Below, piece after piece: positions 11,173 through 22,182 of a stretch of 64,000 nt of DNA. Made by a program: the position numbers and the translations under genes. The DNA comes from Mayamaea pseudoterrestris (taxonomy: Eukaryota), in contig BROI01000005.1 in NCBI GenBank assembly GCA_027923505.1, positions 496,001-560,000 on the forward strand, read 5' to 3'. Position 1 is the first letter of the stretch. Every line of letters begins with the position of its first letter. The notes under the pieces are model-generated. The model did not search any database and was not told the DNA's origin. It was given only the letters and a program-made list of their open reading frames with translations.

Positions 11173-12390
11173 ATGCCGCTGAGAATCTGGGAGGAGGCGA
11201 CGCATCAGTGGACGTCAACGCGGAGAGTGCCGATCCTGGCCTTGGCACTCAACAACGATCCATCATGATGACGAGTGCACAGCGCATCTAATTAATCGAG
11301 CAATGCTTGCTCGGCGGAACTACAGTAGCACTGCCGGCGGACGAGCAGCGTTATAGTCTGATTGAGCGACTTCCGGTAGACGCACTTCGAGGCGAAACAT
11401 TCGCTCTCACGAACGGGTCCATGCCCGAAGACTGAGATGCTCGATGACTTTTTCTTGATGTTTGAATTCAAACTGGCATATCTGACTTAGTTTGGGCGGA
11501 CACTGGATGAACGGCGTGCGTACGACGATTTTGACTTTGAAGATGGCGATGCTGCTAATCTTTCTGTCGGCACGAGTACTCGTATCATACGCAACTGCTT
11601 TCATATGAAGAAGTTGCCTACATCGTTTCATGAGGCAATTATCAACAACCATTTATACGAGCTGCTTCGGAGCTTTGAACAGCATCCCTCTGGAAGAAAT
11701 TAGCGTCTGGGATGCTGACGCACACGCGTTGAATTTGATTCGCGATGTAATTACTTTAACTCCGAAACGAAAACATTTGCCTTGACGGATCCTGAGATTG
11801 GCGTTGATGTTTTGATAGGCCTCGGAGATTTCTTGGTGCATTTAGTTTTAGCGAAGCTCGAGGTGGGGACGCGCGGAGAACACTGAGACGGTGACCAGAT
11901 TGCAGCGTGGCTGAATCAGTTTCGCCTGATGATGGTCAAAGTGCGTTGACTTTGTGTCACTTTTTGATGAACGCTTGGAGCAGGCCATTGCCAACTACTT
12001 GGCTGATAATTCAGTCCTGGGAGTGCTCCATCTCATTGTTCTATTTGACTACTTAGGACCCATGATGGCTTTGGATTTGATTGTCCAAGCTATGACTGAG
12101 GTACCGGTTGCCCAGAGACTTTTTTATTAACCATTGCTGTGAGTGGCTTGCGCGCTGGAGTGAGGTCCGCCATACTCATGGCCATCCCCTGCAGTCTGGC
12201 TTCTGAGGAACCTTTTGATCGGCTATGTACTTCCGCCGCCTCTCAAGAACCTGGGCTGGAGGCCATTATTTATGTCCATTCTTCGAATGAGGCAATCGCG
12301 CGACAAGTGATTGTTATAAGGTGACGCGCAAAACGCCTATCGTCGCTGGTATACGGTCTGGCTGTTTCGCGTGAGGCAGTTTATACGTGA
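11173..12390 (+). pseudogene. Possible decayed coding sequence of unknown family
   Basis: 1.2-kb ORF-free gap in a gene-dense run, with coding-like composition and short protein-like frames broken by stops; no family recognised. Confidence 0.25.
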
Positions 12391-12574
12391 TGAAGCACGC
12401 CATATATTTAACTTTGTGTAGAAAGGAAGATTTACATAGTGTAATAGAGTGTGACGTGTTGCGCTTGTAATCCCATGCGATGGAGCCTTTCGTTTCTCCG
12501 TTCGCGTTCACACAGTATCGCACATCCTCGCGTTAGCGAATAACGAGTAGACGCGCTCTTCATTAACAATACTC

Positions 12575-14149
12575 CTACGTGTAGTAATCACTCTTCCGCG
12601 GAAGATCAATAGTTGGATATATCTCGATCGATGGCGGATAGAACTTGAATTTGTCCATGACGTTAATCCCATATTTGTTGAGAGTATTTGCGCAACCTTG
12701 TGTTTGAAATTGACTGTAGAAACCAGTTAGCAGCTCCTCGTGCTCTTCATCTATGCATGATTGCAAAACAACAAAGTTTGACAGGCCATCACCACCAATA
12801 GGGACGCGCTTTCTAGCAGATGGCGGGGTCCGGCAGACTGACTCGGGATCAAACACTTTAGTGTCTGTTCTCGTGCATGCAGCGGATGATGCTTCACCGT
12901 CCGTGTTGTATACTACACCGCCTTGGACAACAGGATTTGGTCCACTTTCGATATCAAGCCCGCCACTCACAATTAAGTGCATGTCAACCAACTGAGAGTT
13001 CTCCTCTTCCTGAATGGTTTTCCACAACCTGCCCAACAGATGATCCAAGCAAATCTCAACACCAATGCGAATTCCGTGAATCGTAATGATGTTATGCTCG
13101 ACCAGCTTTGTATTGTGCGCTTCCAGCGCCTTCGACAGGACGCTGGACTCATGAAGGTGCGCATACTGCTTAATGTGCAGCAAGGTAGGATCTGGCAAAG
13201 TTGTTCTTCCGAGAAAGTCGCCCACGCTAATGTACTTTTTTGTCATAACGTAGTAATGATTGTGTCCTGTGCCTCCCATCAATACAGGGGCGAAATTCAG
13301 ATAAATGACTTCCGTAGCATTAAGGTCGTCGTAAGACCACCAAGGCTTCTCTGGCTGATCGTCATCCACTTGAGCGTAAGTCAAGGTGCCAAAAACAAAC
13401 AGCCAGTTTTCAAAAAAGTCGTCCGCGATTACTTGTCGAATCTTAGCTGCTGCTTCCATCAGCAAGCCTGGAGTTGTCGTGGAACCATTGTGTTTATCTA
13501 TGATCTGAGTCGCAGCGTAAGCTCCGTGTGGTCCACGCATGTAGAACTAAAGGAGTAATGGTGAACGATGGCTCAGGTTATACAAGATGATGTGTGTCGA
13601 GCATTGTGAATCATGCGCATGCGATCTTACCTCGGGCACCATCATGACCTTCAATGTCGAAGGATCAGGGTCAATTCGTGTCCCATTCCTGTCTTGCTTT
13701 AAGCGATGAAGGACTTGCTTGAGAATTAAGACGCGCTGATGAACGTCGTTCGTTATATTATAGTCTCCAAGATAGCATGTTCCAAGATTGTTGTCGACGT
13801 GACGATGCTTGCATTCTCCGTACTTGGCCAGCCCGCCCATTGTGTTTATGGTAAAACTAATAAACTGTGTCGCTCTGTACTTTCGCTTGAGATCCTCTTC
13901 TTTTGTCTCGAAACGTAAAGCGTCCGTGTCCGGCTTGCCATACTCATGGGCCCGACGGTCGTGCCAAAACACAAACAAAGAATAAAGAAGTAATGCCGCC
14001 ACCAAAAACATACCGAAAACGATAGCCCTTTGCAACGATGACGACTCATGATTTTGTGGTTGAATGTTGACGCCTTTTGCAGCATTGCTTTCACCCTCCT
14101 CGCTCCGCAGCAACCGTTCCGTCTCAGTTGCAGTGGTGTTGGATGTCAT
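12575..14149 (-). CDS. Type II membrane protein with nitrilase/carbon-nitrogen hydrolase-like Glu-Lys-Cys motifs, 2 exons
   Basis: Intron 13547-13630 joins VMMVPE|FYMRG; later MTKKYIS and IGVEICLDH; N-terminal TM AIVFGMFLVAALLLYSLFVFW. Confidence 0.65.
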
Positions 14150-14724
14150 TTTGCGGATTCGATATGGAAAACTACTACAGTAGCTTACTAGAAGAGGCCA
14201 CACCGTCAAAGCTTTTCGTTTTCTTGATAAATGACGTTGGATAAAATAGTCAGCCACTATATATAACGGCTGATAGCCACAGAGCGTCGTATTTGCGTTA
14301 GCTTATTGCAAGTTGCAATAAGCAGTGCGATGCAGCGAACAAGTTGGGCGCGGCGCGCCATTTCCTTCAAAGTTTTCAAAACCGCTCGGCGTCGCTTGCG
14401 ACAGTTTATGAAACAACAACGCTAGTAACTTCTCCCGGTTGACCGGTGCCATGGAGTGTGTACATATAAATGTTTGGCAAGCATTGTGACAAGAACTATG
14501 AGAACTACGTTGTCTTAACAGTATTTAAACATGCTGAAGGGAGAAGGATATAAAAACCCAGAGTATCTGGAACCTGAAACGGACACACAAGCTCTCTTGC
14601 AATCGTCACAAGGAACATTCGTTCCGTCAATGGTGTCCATTTAAGTTCTGCGCCCTCGATCCATTCCTAACCTATTGCCTGTAAGATCAGAAAAGACTGC
14701 CGAGACCGCGCAGAACGCATTGAA

Positions 14725-15512
14725 TTATGAAAAACCATCGTCGGGAATTCGGACCTTCGTTGGTAATTTGCAGGTGCGACAATATTAGTGCATAAAATAG
14801 GCAATCGGTGGTTGCTTCGGACAACAACGACATACCGTGATTCCATCAAAAGCTTCAGTAACTTTTACTTGGCAACCCAGTCGTGAAGTGTCGGTGACTT
14901 CGAATGCCAAATCCAGCATGTCTTGTTCCTCTTCGGTCATGGGAGGAAGCGTATCGTAGGTTCCTTGGTCAAAGATTAAATGGCACGTTGAACAAGCCAG
15001 TTCGCCACCGCAAGCTCCTGTGTACGCCATGATGAGTAAGGAGTAACCAAACCAGCATGTACGGCAGCAACAAAATGAAACAAACCAAGGCAGAGCTCTG
15101 CCTGCCGGAAGCATCTTAACATCCTGGTTGCTTTCATCATATCTTACCTTCCAGCTCTATACTATTCTCATGGGCTACATCCAGCAAATTCTCGCCAACT
15201 TTCGCCGCCGCCAGTCGTTTCTTCCCGTCCGCTTCCACGTATACAATCTGAACGTCTTTTACTTCTAGAAATCATTGCAAAAAGTGACGTGAGAAAAAGA
15301 TCAATATAAAAAATGATAATTCTATACCTCATCTTTATTTTACCTGATGTAGAAAAGAAGCGCACCTGGTTGGCAGGGTGTATCGAAGCTTTGCCCGTTA
15401 ATGCTTTCGCAGGCCGGCGAGGCTGTTTCGAGGGAGCGATTGTCGTATATGCTCGACAAACTGGTCGCTTGTAAAGCACAGCTTCAAATATATGACGTAA
15501 CTTATTGATCAT
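14725..15512 (-). CDS. Adrenodoxin-type mitochondrial [2Fe-2S] ferredoxin, 4 exons
   Basis: GENLLDVAH...LEGACGGELACSTCH...DMLDLAF...TSRLGCQ; basic transit-like N-terminus; introns 15265-15343, 15018-15147, 14755-14835. Confidence 0.93.
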
Positions 15513-15811
15513 TGCCAGAGTAAGCGAAAATCGAGTTGTTCCTGTTGCGTTTGGTACGATCAAACTACACTGTAATGAGCGTCGGCGGAGATGGAAATTG
15601 TGATGGTCGTCGCAATGAGAACCGGAACGACGCTAATCTAGTCGTAGCGGTGGCTAAATATTTCAAAGCTGATGTTCGTTGACGCGATCTTCGCCCCCAT
15701 CCGCCGTGCATTTTTGACCATGGCACAAAAAAAGACCATCACGACGCATTGTGTGTATCGTCCATACGCTTTAGTCGAAGCAATCAATATAAAATAGTTC
15801 AAATTATATAA

Positions 15812-18496
15812 ATGACGCTTCGACGTACTCTTTTCGATGCTTCTGTGCCAGATGTAAAAGAAGCCACGCATGGACGCTTTCAATCAACGACGAAATCAAC
15901 GTCAAGAAGTGTTCCTGTAATGGACTCTCTTGCCTTTGTTGGACTGTCCACCAGCAAGTCGAAATCGCAGCCTTTGACTGCCGCTTCTGTATTGGAACAA
16001 CTAGACAATCTTGGAATGATCAAAATACCCAGCAAACAGGGTTGTTCATATCCTACCAAGACTTTCGTCCAAAAGGACCCAGTGGTCATGGATTCGCTAG
16101 GAGCCACTGGAGAACAAAACGCTCAAAGAACTAGCCGACAATCAACTAATCACACTGGATATCAAAATGAGTTACCAAACCGCAAGCATACGCGACGACA
16201 GCTTGAAGAACGACGCAAGAAGACGATGGCTAAAAAGTCAATTCGACATGGCCCGTCCACTCGACTCGCTAGCCACAAAGATGCAGGTGGAATTCTTGGA
16301 GCGCTTGCATTTGAGGACAACGCCGGAAGGAAGAACGTACCTGTAAAACAAAGGAACGCCTCAGCTTCCACATTGACCAGGAACATTGAGCAGCCATTCC
16401 AGGGGCAGCCCAACAACACGAAATCCGCAATAGCTCTAGCAGCAGTACGCTCGCCCATGTGTTCGCCATCATATGAACCACTAAAAAAGCGGACAAACCA
16501 GCAGCCGACTCCTACTTTGAAACAGAAATTGATGGGTGGCTCACAGCTGTCAGATCCTTCGGTGTCACTGGACATTTTAATGACGATTTCACCAATGCAA
16601 TGCCACGAAAGCAAAAATCACTCGTCTCCAAATCGTCCCATACAACACACTCAATCAATGGACATGAACAGCGTCTTGTCGCTTATCTTTGCTGCTAGCA
16701 ATCATTCATCGGCAACTCTAGAGGAGGATGGCATTGTTGTCGCTGCCGCGAGAGAATGTCGTAGCCAATCCTCGCGAGACTCAATCGGCAGCGTCAAGGC
16801 TTCAGGTGAAACGTCAACAACAAAACGAGTGGCACCCGACAAGGATCGCCGAGGCTTGGCATTTCCAAAGTCTCTCGTTCAGAGCAAAAGTGTTCGCGTC
16901 GACGGAAAAGCTATGCATGCGCCCACGACGAACAAGGTTGCCACCCGTGTGCCGGAGCATGCTTCGCCGGATCCAGTTATTGACCCTGGCTTTCTCAAAA
17001 GACTAGCAAGAGCGGATGCAAGTATGCGGATTCTTGAAATGGAGATTCTGGCGGGCGATACGGTTTCTCTGTCGACATGCACCTTGACGCAAGCACTTCT
17101 GTGGGAGGAAGATGACGCGGATTCTATCATGGCGGTCGCTTCGGTGACACTATCCATGCAAGTGCCTCAAGGAACAAGTGAAAAGCCTTGTCGAGTCCTC
17201 CCGATCGCTACAGGAACTGCGTCTGTGGAAGCAATGGATACGAATGCGTTATACCACAAGGACATTGCAACAGAAACTGCGTCAAAGAACGAGCCCCAAA
17301 GTCGTCCTGGACATGATCATCAAGCAACAGGTGTGGTCGACTGTCCTATTCCTATACCTGGAAACCATGATGTATCCGTCGCAATCCCTGCACAGACACA
17401 ACGACGAACGGACAAGGCACCATCGACAACCCGACCATCCCGATGTCGAAGGCCTATTGGTTCTTGCCACCCAGCATCCGCAGACAGTATGTCCGGAATT
17501 GATGTTGGTGGAAGCCGCCATCTCGCCGATCCGCCCGTGCGATTAAGCTTTCTATCCCGCAAAACGACCTTGGACGCCTCCACAGAGGATGCGTGTCAGC
17601 CTAAACATTCCACGTCACCGTTCAGTCGCCCTCGGCGTAACCGCAAGCCCACGGATTATTACAAACCGGAAGCTCCAAAAGACAAGACATTCATTGAAAA
17701 TTCTTGCACCAAAGCAGAAAAGACGCACGGATTACCACCGAGCCGCGATCGGTCATTAAAGCTCGCCGCTTCAATCGAAAGCAAGGAGCTTGAATGTCAT
17801 ATAAAGGCTCAACTTGCTGGAGGCGGGCACAGCAAGCCTGCACCATTTATCGCGTCAGACGAGAAGGAAGAAATTGAAGCAAATGGCTGGACGCGAACAC
17901 AGCTTCGGCAATTAAATGAGGCCCAGCAAACAACAAATCCGATATCGTTACATTTTTGGGACGATATTGCCGAGCAAGTCAGCGGGAAAGACCCATCGGA
18001 ATGTTGCGCACAGTGGATGGCCATGTATCCGACACCAACAATTACTAAGCGTCGGGCAACAAAGCGCGACGTAGTTGTGCAGCCAGCGAATGCAAATACA
18101 TTTGTGAGTTTGTTCAATGCGACGCCATGGCGTGGAAAGGAGATTGCGGGCCACCTTCCGGATAACATCGACCTGGGAAGCGCCGTCAAGCTGGAAAAAG
18201 AGATTTTTGAAGCCTATGACGGATGCAACGGTTGCAGCTGGAAACCACCAGACGGCATGCAAAAATACGTTACAGATATGGCCCGAGCCGTCCGACGCCG
18301 TCAACCGGCAAAGAAAGGGAATGTAATTGCCAAAGAACTGGAGCAAAACAAAAATGTACGCGAGCGCATCGACGTTGATGGAATCAACATGAATGTGTGC
18401 ATGACACCGGGAGGAACATTAAATTTCCAATGCTCCAGAGATGACAATAGTGACGAAGACTTCGACGAATACTACGGAGTCAGCGACGATATGTAG
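15812..18496 (+). CDS. Large disordered protein with a C-terminal SANT/Myb domain (Mis18BP1/KNL2-like candidate)
   Basis: 894-aa ORF; WTRTQLRQL...P...FWDDIAEQVSGKDPSEC SANT pattern; upstream RPRRNRKPTDYY motif. Confidence 0.6.
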   Translation: MTLRRTLFDASVPDVKEATHGRFQSTTKSTSRSVPVMDSLAFVGLSTSKSKSQPLTAASVLEQLDNLGMIKIPSKQGCSYPTKTFVQKDPVVMDSLGATGEQNAQRTSRQSTNHTGYQNELPNRKHTRRQLEERRKKTMAKKSIRHGPSTRLASHKDAGGILGALAFEDNAGRKNVPVKQRNASASTLTRNIEQPFQGQPNNTKSAIALAAVRSPMCSPSYEPLKKRTNQQPTPTLKQKLMGGSQLSDPSVSLDILMTISPMQCHESKNHSSPNRPIQHTQSMDMNSVLSLIFAASNHSSATLEEDGIVVAAARECRSQSSRDSIGSVKASGETSTTKRVAPDKDRRGLAFPKSLVQSKSVRVDGKAMHAPTTNKVATRVPEHASPDPVIDPGFLKRLARADASMRILEMEILAGDTVSLSTCTLTQALLWEEDDADSIMAVASVTLSMQVPQGTSEKPCRVLPIATGTASVEAMDTNALYHKDIATETASKNEPQSRPGHDHQATGVVDCPIPIPGNHDVSVAIPAQTQRRTDKAPSTTRPSRCRRPIGSCHPASADSMSGIDVGGSRHLADPPVRLSFLSRKTTLDASTEDACQPKHSTSPFSRPRRNRKPTDYYKPEAPKDKTFIENSCTKAEKTHGLPPSRDRSLKLAASIESKELECHIKAQLAGGGHSKPAPFIASDEKEEIEANGWTRTQLRQLNEAQQTTNPISLHFWDDIAEQVSGKDPSECCAQWMAMYPTPTITKRRATKRDVVVQPANANTFVSLFNATPWRGKEIAGHLPDNIDLGSAVKLEKEIFEAYDGCNGCSWKPPDGMQKYVTDMARAVRRRQPAKKGNVIAKELEQNKNVRERIDVDGINMNVCMTPGGTLNFQCSRDDNSDEDFDEYYGVSDDM

Positions 18497-18557
18497 CTTT
18501 AAAGTAGCGATGCAAATTTTAGATGCTTTAAATTAGTTAATACACCATGGTGGAACT

Positions 18558-20135
18558 TCACGTGTTCACAGTGAACCTGCAAATTGGAGCAGTTCTAGTG
18601 CGCGCCATCTCAACCTTATGCCCAAAGAGATCGCGTATATTTTTAATGCGATACTTAATCATTGTAGGCCGCTCCAATGACAGGCCCCATGCAATTACTC
18701 TGACGTCTTCAGGTAGACCCATGGGCTGCAACATTTCCGGACGAAACATTCCAGAGTTCCCAATCTCAGTCCACTTCTTCAAATCCGGATGATAGCCAAA
18801 AATTTCCATTGATGGCTCCGTGTATGGGTTAAACGCAGGTTTAAAACGAAGCTGCGTAATTCCGATCTTCTTGAAGAACGTTTCAATGGTTCCGATCAAG
18901 TCGCCTAAAGACAAGTTATAGTCCGCCACCAGACCCTCAACTTGATGAAACTCGCATAAATGAGTCTGAGTCAATAATTGTAAGTATGGGCATGACAACA
19001 AACAGTGTCGACATCGATGTGACACACTTACAGCGTCCATGGTTTCGTTTCGAAAAACTCTGTCAATGGAAAAATACCGCGCCGGTTTGAATCCTCCTTC
19101 TTGGTTGGCCAACTTGTAAAGCATTTGCGATGAAATGGCCGTCGTATGCGTGCGAAGCAAGTTCTTGTAGGCTTCCTCCCTCTTAAAATCATATCGGTAA
19201 CCAATGCTGCCGGCACCTCCAGTTTCATGCATAGATTTGACTCGCTCGTAGTAATCTTCTGGCACGGAAATCGTGCACGCTGGTTCCTTGATGAAAAAAG
19301 TGTCGTGCGCGTCCCGGGCCGGATGCGACTGTGGCTGGAAGAGTGAGTCAAAATTCCAAAAGCTACTTTCCACCCATTTCGCCGTTGGCATTTCGTCAAA
19401 CCCCATCTGCATCAATATTTTTCGAAACTCGGCGCGAACCTTTAAGAGCGGGTGCACATATCCGCCGCCCACTCGTTCTCCCAGTGTCAAAAAATTGTAA
19501 GGCTTGTAAAGCGTCGTCTTCCAAGCGCCTGAATCGAGCATCTCCTTCGTTAAATCGGCCGCTTTCTTTTCTCGTTTCGGTGCATAAAATGAGCCTCGAT
19601 GGACCTTGCATGACTTGCGAGTGTTTAACTTGATGAGCTTTCGACGCTTGAGACCCTGAAGAGTCGTGTCGTCCAAGGCGTCCTCGACAAAATTGGCATC
19701 TTTCAACATTCGTAGTGCCTGCTGAATTTCATCCGATACTTCGTTGAGTGTCTTAATGGCTACGAGGTCGGTGCCATCCTTCTTAATCCACTTGTTCTTC
19801 ATGCAGTTCCCCATCCCAATCTTGGCAACGTCCTTTCCGACCTTGTTTTGAAGGGATGCGACAGTGAGGTTACCCGCTTCATTAAGTGCTCTTAACACAA
19901 TGATCTCCTGTGACCCATTCGTCAAGATTGAATATGCTTCTTCCTCAAGTGTATAGAACGTCGAGGTGATGTCTTCCGCAGTGACGAGTCCATCGGCGAG
20001 CAAGGATTTGATTGCTCCGATGACCTTCAAATGATCAAGCTGCTGGTTCTCCGACCATGGAATGGTGTCTTCGATCGCGGCCTCGGGTGAGGATGACAAG
20101 AACGTCAGAATAGCGGTCTCGCAAGCTTCCGTCAT
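18558..20135 (-). CDS. FARSA: Cytosolic phenylalanyl-tRNA synthetase alpha subunit, 2 exons
   Basis: [61 protein letters not shown]; in-frame intron 18966-19031. Confidence 0.97.
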   Translation of the reverse strand: MTEACETAILTFLSSSPEAAIEDTIPWSENQQLDHLKVIGAIKSLLADGLVTAEDITSTFYTLEEEAYSILTNGSQEIIVLRALNEAGNLTVASLQNKVGKDVAKIGMGNCMKNKWIKKDGTDLVAIKTLNEVSDEIQQALRMLKDANFVEDALDDTTLQGLKRRKLIKLNTRKSCKVHRGSFYAPKREKKAADLTKEMLDSGAWKTTLYKPYNFLTLGERVGGGYVHPLLKVRAEFRKILMQMGFDEMPTAKWVESSFWNFDSLFQPQSHPARDAHDTFFIKEPACTISVPEDYYERVKSMHETGGAGSIGYRYDFKREEAYKNLLRTHTTAISSQMLYKLANQEGGFKPARYFSIDRVFRNETMDAVSVSHRCRHCLLSCPYLQLLTQTHLCEFHQVEGLVADYNLSLGDLIGTIETFFKKIGITQLRFKPAFNPYTEPSMEIFGYHPDLKKWTEIGNSGMFRPEMLQPMGLPEDVRVIAWGLSLERPTMIKYRIKNIRDLFGHKVEMARTRTAPICRFTVNT

Positions 20136-20403
20136 GGTGAAGTTTGAAGTTGGTGGCGAAGAAAAAATAATGAGCGGTCCATGTCGAGGCGCGGGTAGGT
20201 TGTGAGTTTCGGTGAGACACGCTTGTCCGGGTTTCTGTAAGCGTCTTCGCTCGACCAAGTTGAAGAACATCTTCACTCGGCAAAGCACGGCATCGTCCCT
20301 ATATACAGACGGGCGAATAGGAACGCGAACGACATCCCATCGACTATTTTGCATTGCATAGTTTACAGTAATTACGCATAAGGACGAAGATCAGTGATTG
20401 ACA

Positions 20404-22126
20404 ATGAAGACTTTGGCTCCGTCCACGCTGCTGCTTCTCATCGCATTCGCTGCACCAACGGTGACGGCCTTTGCATCGTCACGACTGGCGTCGATGCTGC
20501 TGCAACAGAGGCTTCAAACGAATGAAGTGTTGACAAGCCTTGCAATTGCTGCTGATTTGGATATAATTAACGGAGAAGTGAGGCCACGACGAACTCGGGA
20601 GGTTCGTAATTGTGTATTTGCCAAAAATTGCATTTACGTGTCTTGACACAATCACTCATGATACGCTCCCTTCGTCTCATATATGCAGGAGCGTCTCGAA
20701 GCCGCTTCCAAAGGTCTCCAAGTTCACGTCGTTGGTTTATCCATTCATCACGCGGAAGTGGAGGTACGAGAGAAGCTTGCTATTCCGGAGGCCGACTGGA
20801 ACGCTGCCTCGAATGACATCACCGACGGAACCTATGTCGCAGAAGCTGCTGTTTTGTCAACATGCAACCGATTTGAGGTATACTATTCGGCTACTGATCC
20901 TAGAGCTGCCATGGCGCATGTCACAAAATACCTTGCCAAGCGTTCCGGTATCCCCGTTTCCAGCTTGCGTAAGAATTTGTTTATGCTGAGTGGCGATGAT
21001 GCGGTCTGGCACATTATGCGCGTTGCTGGAGGACTCGATTCGCTCATTGTCGGTGAAGGGCAAATTTTGTCACAAGTGCGACAGTGCTACTTGCATTCGG
21101 TGGAAGACGATGGTTGTGGTGGAAAGGTGCTTTCCCGCTTACTGAATAATGCACTGGCCGCAGGAAAGCGCGTCCGTGCAGAGACGGGCATTAGCAAGGG
21201 ATCCGTTTCAATTTCGTCTGCGGCTGTGGAACTGAGCGAATTGCTGGCTCAGCAGGATTTGCAATTGCCATTTTCAGAATGCCGATTGGCTGCAGTGGGT
21301 GCAGGTAAAATGACAAGATTACTCATTACACACTTGGCAAGTCGCGGACTGCAGAAGTTCACCATTGTCAATCGCAGCCTTCAGCGTCCGCAGGAGCTTG
21401 CGGAACAGTTTCCTGACGTCGAGATTGAAGTCAAGCTCATGGATGACCTTTGGGATGTTGTCGCGCGTTCCGATATCGTCTACACTGCGACATCGTCTGT
21501 CGACTATGTTATTGACGAGCAAAAACTTGAAGAGAATGGAGTAGTGGGTGGACGGCCACTCATGCTTGTTGATATCTCTGTACCACGTAACGTTGGAGAA
21601 GATTGCAACGATGTAAGTGATTTTTCTACAAGATAAGGATTTATATCTCTGGATCACTCTAAACCGCTTGCTCCAATCCATTTAGATCCAAAACGTCCAC
21701 GCTTACAATGTTGATGACTTGAAGGCGGTGGTAGCGAAAAATACGCAAATGCGCCAGAAAGAGATGATTGAAGCGGAGAACCTTCTTCGCGAAGAAGCGC
21801 AAGCGTTCATGGCCTGGCGCGAATCGCTGTCTGCTATTCCAACTATAAATCAGCTGCAAGAGCGCGCTAATGCCTTTCGTGAGGAAGAACTCAAGCGCTG
21901 CACGAAAAAGCTGTCCAACGCTAATCTCAGCGACAAGGAACTTGAAGCTGTTGAACGTCTTTCGCGCGGCATCGTGAATAAGCTTCTACATGGCCCTATG
22001 GCACACTTACGCAAGACGGAAAGCATTGAAGGAAAACAGGCAACATTAAAGGAGTTGAACGCCATGTTCCGACTGGAGGACGAAGATTCAAAGGGTCGCG
22101 GACGCAACGCTCGTCGCAGGAGATGA
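20404..22126 (+). CDS. hemA: Glutamyl-tRNA reductase, plastid-targeted, 3 exons
   Basis: Signal peptide then VTA-FAS bipartite-type motif; STCNRFE, GLDSLIVGEGQILSQV, VGAGKM, DISVPRN; introns 20602-20688 and 21613-21685. Confidence 0.97.
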
Positions 22127-22182
22127 GTTGTAAATAGAAATTTAGATTAGTCTTACGTATGATTCGAGATAATATCACTTGA

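Noticed and set aside
8346..22126. Tetrapyrrole gene cluster (heme oxygenase-like, ferredoxin, hemA)
   Set aside because: Interspersed with unrelated genes and predicted for different compartments
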